DNA from: an uncultured Pseudobdellovibrionaceae bacterium
GTDB lineage: Bacteria; Bdellovibrionota; Bdellovibrionia; Bdellovibrionales; UBA1609
DNA length: 64,000 bases
Assembly: GCA_964628445.1 (NCBI GenBank)
Contig: CAZVOP010000004.1
Location: 9,635 to 73,634, forward strand
Direction of reading: 5' to 3'
Position numbers and translations under genes: made by a program. The notes beneath the pieces were generated by a model that saw only the letters and a program-made list of their open reading frames with translations, made no database searches and was not told where the DNA came from. Positions within the stretch are counted from its first letter, which is position 1. The number at the start of each line of letters is the position of its first letter. Below, piece after piece: positions 54,756 through 62,834 of this stretch.

Positions 54756-57700
54756 TGAATCTATCCTCACTCGCCATTAAACGGCCGGTCTTCATCTCTT
54801 GCGTTCTGCTTTTGGTGATGGTGCTGGGGGCCGCGGCATTTATAAAACTTCCGGTCGATTTGTTTCCCGACGTGACGCTGCCGGTGGTGACGGTCACGAC
54901 GCCTTATCCGGGAGCGGGTCCAAAAGAGATTGAAACTCTGGTGTCAAAGCCGCTCGAAGAAGAGATCGGCACGATCTCCGGCGTGAAGACCATCCGCTCG
55001 ACCAATTTGGAAGGCACAAGCGTGGTGATCGCGGAGTTCACACTGGAGACCGACGTCAAGTACGCCGAGCAACAAGTGCGCGACAAGGTTTCAAGCGCGC
55101 GCAAAAAGCTTCCCGATGACGTGGACGAGCCGACCATCCGCCGCATCGATCCTTCCGATTTGCCGATTTTGACTTTGACCTTAAAAGCCGATCTGCCGAT
55201 GGGTGAGCGCTTCGATTTGGCCGATGACGTTGTTCGCCCGAAACTGGAGCAAGTGAACTCAGTCGGCTTGGTCGAAGTGATCGGCGGACGCAAGCGTGAG
55301 ATCCATGTCGAGCTCGATCGTGCGAAGCTTGCGCGCTTTAATCTTTCGGTCACCGGTATCGGGCAAAAAATGGCGATGACCGGACAAAATATTCCGGCCG
55401 GAAGCGTCTCACGCGAGAGCGTCGGCAAAGACATGGTCTTTCGCACCGTCGGTGAATTCGAATCGGTCGGCGCGATCAAAAATGCTTCGGTGAATTTTTT
55501 CGGAAATAACCGCGCGCTGACTTTGCAGGACGTCGGCCAAGTCACCGACACCTTGGAAGACCCGAAGTCTTACACTTTCCTGAACGGCGATTCGACTCTG
55601 ATCTTGAACGTGTTTAAGCAAAACGGCGCCAACACGGTCGCGGTTTCAAACAACATCAAGAAAAAACTGATCGCGATCAACAAAGAGCTTAAAGAGCGCT
55701 ATCCCAAGGCCAACCCCGAACTCACGATGGTCAGCAACCAGGCGCGCTACATCTCGCTGAACGTGGAGGACGTGCAAGAGTCGATCGGGATCGGGATCTT
55801 GCTCACTATTTTGGTCGTTTATTTCTTTCTCGGCAGTATCCGCTCCACTTTGATTACCGGTGTCGCGATTCCGGTGTCGTTGATCGGCGCATTCGGTTTG
55901 ATGGCGGTTGCGGGCTTTAGCATCAACATCATGAGCTTGCTTGCCTTCAGCTTGGCGGTAGGATTGTTGATCGATGACGCGATCGTGGTGCGGGAGAATA
56001 TTTTTCGGCATATGGAGATGGGCAAGGGCGCGCGCAAGGCCGCCTATGACGGGACGGTTGAGGTGACGATGGCGGTGATCGCCGTGACCTTGACGGTGAT
56101 CGCGGTTTTTATGCCGATCGGCTTTTTAAGCGGCGTGATCGGGCAGTTCATGAAGCAGTTCGGTCTGACCGTTTGTTTCATCATGGCGATCAGCTTGTTT
56201 GATGCGTTGACGAATGCGCCGATGATGAGTGCTTACTTCGGCGGCGTGCATGGCAAAGAGCCGACTTCGGGCTTTTTTTATTACACCCGCACTCCTATTC
56301 GCCTGTTCAATGCGCTTTATTCGCGCACCGAAGAGCTTTACACCAAATTTATCCGTATGGTTCTGCACCGGCCGTGGATCGCGTTGATCGCCACTCTTGT
56401 CGTGGTCGCCAGCAGCATTATTCCGCTTAAGAAAGTGCCGAAAACCTTCTTGCCGGCGCAAGACAGCGGCGAATTTTCGGTTGGCCTCGACATGGTCCCC
56501 GGCACGAGCCTTGAGGCCATGCGTGATCGCGCTTTAGAGGTCGACAAGGTTTTGCACCAAGATCCGGAAGTGGTGAACACATTGGTCACTGTGGGCTCGC
56601 GTCAGTTTGAAAAAAACAAGGCCGAGATCATGGTTTTTCTGCGGCCCTTCGGCACGCGCCAGATGAGCACTTCGGATTTTAAAGACAAAATGCGGGGAGC
56701 GCTTAAAGGATTCACCGACGCCCATCCCGTGGTGAAAGATATCGATTACATCGGCGGCGGCATGCGACCGTTCACCGTCAACATCGTCGGGCAGGATCTG
56801 GCGCAAGTGCAAGAGATCGCGACCAAGCTGCGTGACAAAATAAAAGATCACCCGGCGCTCAAAGACGTCGACACCAGTTTTCGTCCCGGCAAACCGGAGT
56901 TTCAAGTCACGGTGGACTTGAACGCCGCTCAGCGCCTTGGCGTATCGAGCTCGGAAGTCGGGCGCGAATTGCGCGGGCAAGTCGAGGGGATTACACCCGC
57001 GGTTTTCCGTGAAAACGGGCGCGAATACGATATTCGCGTAAGACTTCGCCCCGATCAGCGCGATCTTGAGCATGAGTTTAAAAATATTTTGGTGCCGAAC
57101 ATGAATCAACGTTTGGTTGAATTGAGTGCGGTCGCCAAAGCCAATTCGACGACGGGCCCTGCGAACATCGACCGCGAAAACCGCGGCCGTTACGTTTCGG
57201 TCAGCGCGGACATCGCGCCCAGCGGACCGGGTCTTGGCGGCGCGATGGACGACATCAAAGCCATGTTTGGAACGGGCGGCGAGTTGGAATTGCCGGCCGG
57301 CGTGACTTACCGCTTTGTCGGCCAGGCCGAGAACTTCGAAGAGCTCGGCAGCAGCATGATGATCGCGGCGCTCCTCGGCCTAATCTTTATCTATTTGGTT
57401 CTGTCCTCGCTTTACGAGTCTTTCTTCACGCCGTTCACGATCATGATGGTTATCCCGCTCGCGACTTGCGGCGCGTTTTTCGCGCTTTACCTCGGCGGTA
57501 AATCGCTCGATCTGTACTCGATGATCGGGTGTATTATGTTGATGGGTTTAGCGACCAAGAACTCGATTATTTTGGTCGACTACATCAATCATTTGCTTAG
57601 CGAGGGTAAAGAGATGTCGGTCGCGATCGTCGACGCATGCACGGTGCGGCTGCGCCCGATCCTGATGACCAGCTTCGCTTTGATCGCGGGCATGGTGCCG

Positions 57701-57970
57701 GTGGCGATCGGCTTGAATGAGGTTTCAAATCAAAGAACTTCGCTCGGTGTAGCGGTCATCGGCGGTGTGATCAGCTCGACACTTTTGACTCTTATCGTGA
57801 TTCCGGCTGTCTTCACATACATGGAACGCATGCGCAAATTCCTGGTGTGGATCGGTTCGTTCGTGACGACTAAGGATCCGTCGGGCGACGCCAGTAATGG
57901 CAATTATACCCACCGGGATTCTTCTGCAAGTAGTCCTGATGATAGGCTTCCGCTTCGTGAAACCGTTTAA
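54755..57970 (+). CDS. RND efflux transporter permease (AcrB/HAE1-like)
   Basis: ATG 54755 overlaps the OMF stop (TAATG). MNLSSLAIKRPVFISCVLLL...PVDLFPDV...PYPGAGPKEIE is a typical N-terminus. 1071 aa with a 12-TM layout. Confidence 0.93.
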   Translation: MNLSSLAIKRPVFISCVLLLVMVLGAAAFIKLPVDLFPDVTLPVVTVTTPYPGAGPKEIETLVSKPLEEEIGTISGVKTIRSTNLEGTSVVIAEFTLETDVKYAEQQVRDKVSSARKKLPDDVDEPTIRRIDPSDLPILTLTLKADLPMGERFDLADDVVRPKLEQVNSVGLVEVIGGRKREIHVELDRAKLARFNLSVTGIGQKMAMTGQNIPAGSVSRESVGKDMVFRTVGEFESVGAIKNASVNFFGNNRALTLQDVGQVTDTLEDPKSYTFLNGDSTLILNVFKQNGANTVAVSNNIKKKLIAINKELKERYPKANPELTMVSNQARYISLNVEDVQESIGIGILLTILVVYFFLGSIRSTLITGVAIPVSLIGAFGLMAVAGFSINIMSLLAFSLAVGLLIDDAIVVRENIFRHMEMGKGARKAAYDGTVEVTMAVIAVTLTVIAVFMPIGFLSGVIGQFMKQFGLTVCFIMAISLFDALTNAPMMSAYFGGVHGKEPTSGFFYYTRTPIRLFNALYSRTEELYTKFIRMVLHRPWIALIATLVVVASSIIPLKKVPKTFLPAQDSGEFSVGLDMVPGTSLEAMRDRALEVDKVLHQDPEVVNTLVTVGSRQFEKNKAEIMVFLRPFGTRQMSTSDFKDKMRGALKGFTDAHPVVKDIDYIGGGMRPFTVNIVGQDLAQVQEIATKLRDKIKDHPALKDVDTSFRPGKPEFQVTVDLNAAQRLGVSSSEVGRELRGQVEGITPAVFRENGREYDIRVRLRPDQRDLEHEFKNILVPNMNQRLVELSAVAKANSTTGPANIDRENRGRYVSVSADIAPSGPGLGGAMDDIKAMFGTGGELELPAGVTYRFVGQAENFEELGSSMMIAALLGLIFIYLVLSSLYESFFTPFTIMMVIPLATCGAFFALYLGGKSLDLYSMIGCIMLMGLATKNSIILVDYINHLLSEGKEMSVAIVDACTVRLRPILMTSFALIAGMVPVAIGLNEVSNQRTSLGVAVIGGVISSTLLTLIVIPAVFTYMERMRKFLVWIGSFVTTKDPSGDASNGNYTHRDSSASSPDDRLPLRETV

Positions 57971-58364
57971 GCGGTTCAATCGTCGTTGCGACCGGTCGCT
58001 TCCAGTGGCCGGAAGCTTCGGCTTTTGCTTTTTCCGCGATCAGGCGCTCACTCTCGTTTTCATAAAAAATTGTCGAGCGATACTGAGTGCCGATGTCATT
58101 GCCTTGGCGGTTTAAAGTCGTCGGGTCATGGAGCTGAAAAAAGAGTTCAAGCACCTGTGATAAATGAATTGTGTTTGAGTCGAAATCAATTTTTACCGCT
58201 TCAGCGTGACCGGTCGTGCCGGTCTTAACGGTTTCATAGGTTGGGTTTTCGCTTAAGCCCCCGGCATATCCCACTTGGGTGCCGATGATGCCGGGCACTT
58301 TGCGGATGAGTTCTTCGACTCCCCAAAAACACCCACCCGAGACGACAATGGATTGTTTGTTCAT
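57870..58364 (-). CDS. msrA: Peptide-methionine (S)-S-oxide reductase
   Basis: GGCFWGVEE is the active-site motif, and EAYHQDYLQKNPGGY lies at the C-terminus. The 3' end overlaps the RND gene by 101 nt. Confidence 0.92.
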   Translation of the reverse strand: MNKQSIVVSGGCFWGVEELIRKVPGIIGTQVGYAGGLSENPTYETVKTGTTGHAEAVKIDFDSNTIHLSQVLELFFQLHDPTTLNRQGNDIGTQYRSTIFYENESERLIAEKAKAEASGHWKRPVATTIEPLKRFHEAEAYHQDYLQKNPGGYNCHYWRRPTDP

Positions 58365-58828
58365 CGCGCGATTCTATGCTCCGGGCCTTCAAGGGGCAAG
58401 AGCTGGCCGGCCACGAAGGCGCGTACTTCAGCCCCGTACTCGAGCTCAATTCGTTGCTGAAAGTCAGGGGCGAGCGAACCGAACTCCATGTCCACGTCCA
58501 CACTTGAAGAAACATCCAGACGGCCAAAGGCGGTGCGCGCGAACAAGGTTACAATTTGCGGAGCGCGTGCGGTCGAAACGATCTTCGAGTGTTTTCCGAA
58601 TTCGATGGAACCCACAGAAAAGATTTGCAAAGAGAACGGGCCCGTCGAAATAACGGTCTTGGCATCGATCTTCAGGTCGCCGTCGCAAAGGATTTGGGTT
58701 GAGCGGCTAAGAGTTAAGGACTGGGTGATTTTACAGGTTTCGATCACTTCCACATTCGCTTCGGCAAACGCCGAGACACCAATCAGCCCCAGGGCACATA
58801 ACGCGGATAATGAGATTTGCTTTAACAT
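58361..58828 (-). CDS. Secreted hypothetical protein (beta-rich)
   Basis: Signal peptide MLKQISLSALCALGLIGVSAFA. The stop overlaps the msrA start (ATGA). No domain recognised. Confidence 0.6.
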   Translation of the reverse strand: MLKQISLSALCALGLIGVSAFAEANVEVIETCKITQSLTLSRSTQILCDGDLKIDAKTVISTGPFSLQIFSVGSIEFGKHSKIVSTARAPQIVTLFARTAFGRLDVSSSVDVDMEFGSLAPDFQQRIELEYGAEVRAFVAGQLLPLEGPEHRIAR

Positions 58829-58955
58829 CCGTACCCCAAGCAGAGAAGTTAACGTATTGCGTTATACACTTTTCGGGCGTTGGTACGCAATCGAAAAGAT
58901 GACTATTTACGTCTCCTCAATTGTAAACTTTTCCAAGCGCCGGTGGCCGAAGCCG

Positions 58956-60068
58956 CTAAGGCACGGATAAATCAATAAAGTTTACGTTGGAAGGATTCAT
59001 CGCGAAGTAAGGTCCCATGTTTACGGAGACGGTCGTGACCTTGCCGATCTTCAGTTGTTCCATAAAGCCAAGAATCAAAAGCAAACTGCTCACGCCGCTT
59101 GTGGAGTAGGGGCCTTTGAGGGCCGGGTCGCAATCGGTCTTTGGTGCCAGGCTCTGACTCAGGCAATCCAGCTCGCGGCGGGTGTAGCTGTTCTTCACGT
59201 GCAGGCATTGTCTTTTTCCGCAGGTGCAAGCTTTGATGCGGTCCCAATTCTTTACCACTTGGGCTTCGATCGCTTTGGTGTGTAAGCCCCCGATTCCCAC
59301 CACGCAGCTGACCGGCCACATTTTTTTATTCTTGAATGCGTTTGCGGCTTCACGGCGGGCGATATTTTTAAGCGGTAATAAATTATTTTTGCCGAGCGGA
59401 TTCGGCGTTGGGACGGGGCTTGGGCAGGAGGGATCGGCCGAGGGGTGTTTTTTAAGCGCGATGGCTTTTTGTTTAAAGCCTTCCGAACCTAAGGGAAGAC
59501 CGACAAAGTTAGGGGTCATCTCTTTCGCACGCGTGAGCTGCATGCTGCCGCCGCCGACATCCCAAACGACCAGCGTATCTTGGGGGCATTTCTCGGGCCG
59601 GTGCGAGAGCATGACTCCGTAATATCCGGCGCGGGCTTCTTCGGCTTGGGTGATGGCTTGAGTGGGAAAGCCTTCAGCGCTGAATTTAGCAATGACTTCG
59701 TCGCGATTCTTAGCGGTTCGCAAAGCATGTGTGCCGATAACGGTGAGTTCAATTTTTTTATAACCGTGGAACCGGGCCGCATGGAGTGCTTTCTCACGTA
59801 ATTCCCGCAAAACTTTTAGCGCCTCGTCTTGCGCCTCTTTGGGGATTGAGCCGTCATCGGTTTTGGCGGCCTCTAAGGCCAGGGGCACGCTGAGACCCTC
59901 CGGCCACTCGGCGACGAGTTTTGGATCGCCCGCGCCGGTTTCTATTTCAGCAAGCATAAGTTTAGTCGTTCCCGATCCAAGGTCGATCACAGCGCGCGCT
60001 TGCCTGCCGTTGGAAGAATCCGCGGCATGGACCATTAAGGTCACCAAACAAAATAAAAGCTGGATCAT
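58956..60068 (-). CDS. Ppx/GppA-family phosphatase-like protein with N-terminal signal-like segment
   Basis: VIDLGSGTTKL, VWDVGGGSMQL and VVGIGGL are ASKHA phosphate-1, phosphate-2 and adenosine motifs. The N-terminus MIQLLFCLVTLMVHAADS is hydrophobic. Confidence 0.8.
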   Translation of the reverse strand: MIQLLFCLVTLMVHAADSSNGRQARAVIDLGSGTTKLMLAEIETGAGDPKLVAEWPEGLSVPLALEAAKTDDGSIPKEAQDEALKVLRELREKALHAARFHGYKKIELTVIGTHALRTAKNRDEVIAKFSAEGFPTQAITQAEEARAGYYGVMLSHRPEKCPQDTLVVWDVGGGSMQLTRAKEMTPNFVGLPLGSEGFKQKAIALKKHPSADPSCPSPVPTPNPLGKNNLLPLKNIARREAANAFKNKKMWPVSCVVGIGGLHTKAIEAQVVKNWDRIKACTCGKRQCLHVKNSYTRRELDCLSQSLAPKTDCDPALKGPYSTSGVSSLLLILGFMEQLKIGKVTTVSVNMGPYFAMNPSNVNFIDLSVP

Positions 60069-60271
60069 GTTGCCGCCACCATTGTGATGGATTCGCTCTC
60101 GTGGTCAAAAACCAGTTTCACTTTACCCGCCTTCAGTTGCAGAAAGATGTCGCGGCGTTTTTTCTCGAGGCTCGCTTCGACATCGCCGTAGTCGGTGCCT
60201 TCGCGCAGTATGAAGTCGTCGATGACGCCCTCGAGGGCCTCGGAACTTAAAGAATCGAATGGAATTTCCAT
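60065..60271 (-). CDS. YheU family protein (UPF0270)
   Basis: ATG 60271 gives MEIPFDSLSSEALEGVIDDFILREGTDYGD, collinear with E. coli YheU. The stop overlaps the Ppx-like start. The track ORF start at 60388 is unlikely. Confidence 0.7.
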   Translation of the reverse strand: MEIPFDSLSSEALEGVIDDFILREGTDYGDVEASLEKKRRDIFLQLKAGKVKLVFDHESESITMVAAT

Positions 60272-60323
60272 TTGTGCTTTATAGGTCGATCTGGGGTAGA
60301 GTTCAAACCGGAGACTGGAAGCC

Positions 60324-60965
60324 ATGAATAAAATAAAATGCCGGCTGTGTGAGACGGCATCCCCCCGGTTTTTTATGGATGAGCGCACCGGCTCACGCTT
60401 TCATCACTGTCCTGAGTGCGATCTGCGCTTCCTTGATCCCGCGCAATATTTGAGTGCGGACCAAGAAGAGGAGCGTTACCGCTTGCACAACAACGTTGTT
60501 GAAGATCCAGGCTACCAGCAATTCACTTTGCCGGTGGTGGAGCTTATAAAGCGCTATCGAAAATCTTTGCATATATTGGACTTCGGCTGCGGGAACGGGC
60601 CGGTTATCGCTCATTTATTGCGCGCAGACGGGCATCATATTTCACTCTATGATCCTTACTTCCATCCGGACCGCTCCGTACTTGAAAAAAAGTACGATTT
60701 CATCGCCATGATCGAGGTTGCCGAACACCTTTATCACCCCGGGCGTGAATTCAAACAGTTGCGCGAAATTCTTAAGGACGGCGGTGAGTTGGCCGTGATG
60801 ACGGCGTTGGTTACCGTGGAGACCGATTTTGAAGGTTGGTATTACCGCAAAGATCCCACGCATGTGTGCTTTTTCAGTGAGAAAACCGCAATCTGGATCA
60901 CTGAGAAATTTAAATTTCGGCAGATGCGCATCCATAGCCCGCGCCTCTTTTCTCTTATCAATTAG
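60324..60965 (+). CDS. Class I SAM-dependent methyltransferase with N-terminal zinc ribbon
   Basis: CRLCE...HHCPECDLRF has CxxC pairs. ILDFGCGNGPV is motif I. Confidence 0.8.
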   Translation: MNKIKCRLCETASPRFFMDERTGSRFHHCPECDLRFLDPAQYLSADQEEERYRLHNNVVEDPGYQQFTLPVVELIKRYRKSLHILDFGCGNGPVIAHLLRADGHHISLYDPYFHPDRSVLEKKYDFIAMIEVAEHLYHPGREFKQLREILKDGGELAVMTALVTVETDFEGWYYRKDPTHVCFFSEKTAIWITEKFKFRQMRIHSPRLFSLIN

Positions 60966-61084
60966 ACAGTCCTGAATTTTTGACCGAAGCCCTAACTCCT
61001 TGAAATAAGGGCTTTACATAATGCGGCAATTCTAATAACACTGCGCCCCATACGCTCATTCATACCCTCCGGGGAAGGACGCCA

Positions 61085-62833
61085 ATGAAGTCTCTATTGA
61101 CGAAATGTTTGGGAGCCTACTTATGCGTGCATGGCGCCGCGGTCTTCGCGCAAGACGCGGATATAAAAACCATCGCCGATTTCAATAAACAAATTCCATA
61201 TTGGGGCATCACTTGGTCGCCGGGCGCCGGCAACACCAATGGCTATCACCCGACGTTTTACACCGGATTCGCCATGCGCCAGGAAAATCCCGATCGCATC
61301 CACTTGCGCTTGGCGCGCGGCAACCAGACTCGCGTGAGTGTCATCTTGGACGAGAACACGGTGAGCGATTACATTTTCGACTTGGTAAAACGCTCGAACG
61401 TTTACAATAAAATCACCGCGAGCAAGCGCATTAATGTTCAGCCTGCGGGCGGCAAAATGTTGCCGCAGTTGAGTTACTATCAAGCGATCATCGATTCGCC
61501 GGCTTATGGAATTCGCGCTTTCGCGGATTCAAAGCCGGCATCGCGCGAAGCCATCTATAAAAAGAGCCTTGAAGTTTTGGCCGCGCTCAACCCGGGCCGC
61601 GTGCATAATCTGAAGATCAATCTTAAGACGGAGTTCTTAAAATGGAGAGAGCAGCTGAAACAGGGATTGCAGCTGAGCGCGGAATCGCAAACGATCGTCG
61701 CCATCGACAGCTTGCTTTGGGGCCGCATCAATTACACGGATAAGCCCACGCCCGAAGTTCTTGCTAAACTCAATACCGCAAGCGATCTCGCGATCAACGG
61801 TAAAAGCGATGAGCAGTTTATTGCCGCGGCTCTCGATCTGTTTAAAGAAGTGACCGGCAACAAATATAAAATCAAAGTGATGAACGATCACGGTCAGTTG
61901 GTCGACGCGCTCACATGCTCGGCTGCTTCTTGCACTTTGAGCTATCCCGAATTTACGGCCATTTATCCTACGGGATCGACCACCGGCAAGACTTCGGATA
62001 AATTCGGAAACTCCATTAATCCATTCGCGACCCCTGGTCTTTGGAACTTCGTTTCGCGCGGCGCCCGCAATGTCGATAATATTCGTGATGAACCCTACTA
62101 CGGTTGGGCACCTAAGATGGATTATCAAGCAATTGGTAACGGCTTTCATAACCCGGCCGTGCGTTTCTTCTCTCCAAGCACCGCCATTAAAACCGCGCTT
62201 GGGGCGCCGCTAAGTCACAACACCTTGTGGGCCGTAAAACGCGGGCCGGTTTCGCACGGTTGCTCGCGCTTGCCGCTGGGTCACCTATGGGAAATGCGCC
62301 AGATTTTTCCGGTTGAAGATGCAAAAATGGTCAAAGTTCATTACTTCGGCAACAACTCGCAGGACTTCGATGTTTACGACATCGACGGTGACGGCGAGGC
62401 AGAGGTTATGGGCGTTGAGTACATGATCACCTATAGCCCCAAGGCCGAAAATGGTTTGCAAAACCGCGAGGGCACCGGCTTCACCATTTCAAACGATAAA
62501 AAAATCGAGTTTTACAGCAACCTTTACGGCGCGCGGAACGTATTCACCGTCGTCGACGGGAAACTTATTTTTCAAAACCCCAGCGTCTCGCTGCAAAGCT
62601 ATCTGGATCTCTTGAAGGCCGGCGTAAAAACTCGCATCACGATGAGCGGCGAGTTCCCGCTTCATGAAGCGACTTATGAACGCGAAAAAGTACAGCTCTA
62701 TTCCGCGGGCGGGGTAAACAAACTGCTTTACCGCATTATGGGCCGTATTCGCGGCTGCTCTCCGTTTTCCGATAAAAACGTGTGCGGTGAAGCGGCATTC
62801 GACAATGAAGCTAGATCGGTATTGGGGTTATAA
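61085..62833 (+). CDS. Secreted protein with L,D-transpeptidase (YkuD)-like catalytic motif
   Basis: Signal peptide MKSLLTKCLGAYLCVHGAAVFA. LSHNTLWAVKRGPVSHGCSRLPLGH contains a His about 15 residues before SHGC(x)R, as in YkuD active sites. The rest is unassigned. Confidence 0.6.
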   Translation: MKSLLTKCLGAYLCVHGAAVFAQDADIKTIADFNKQIPYWGITWSPGAGNTNGYHPTFYTGFAMRQENPDRIHLRLARGNQTRVSVILDENTVSDYIFDLVKRSNVYNKITASKRINVQPAGGKMLPQLSYYQAIIDSPAYGIRAFADSKPASREAIYKKSLEVLAALNPGRVHNLKINLKTEFLKWREQLKQGLQLSAESQTIVAIDSLLWGRINYTDKPTPEVLAKLNTASDLAINGKSDEQFIAAALDLFKEVTGNKYKIKVMNDHGQLVDALTCSAASCTLSYPEFTAIYPTGSTTGKTSDKFGNSINPFATPGLWNFVSRGARNVDNIRDEPYYGWAPKMDYQAIGNGFHNPAVRFFSPSTAIKTALGAPLSHNTLWAVKRGPVSHGCSRLPLGHLWEMRQIFPVEDAKMVKVHYFGNNSQDFDVYDIDGDGEAEVMGVEYMITYSPKAENGLQNREGTGFTISNDKKIEFYSNLYGARNVFTVVDGKLIFQNPSVSLQSYLDLLKAGVKTRITMSGEFPLHEATYEREKVQLYSAGGVNKLLYRIMGRIRGCSPFSDKNVCGEAAFDNEARSVLGL

Positions 62834-62834
62834 G

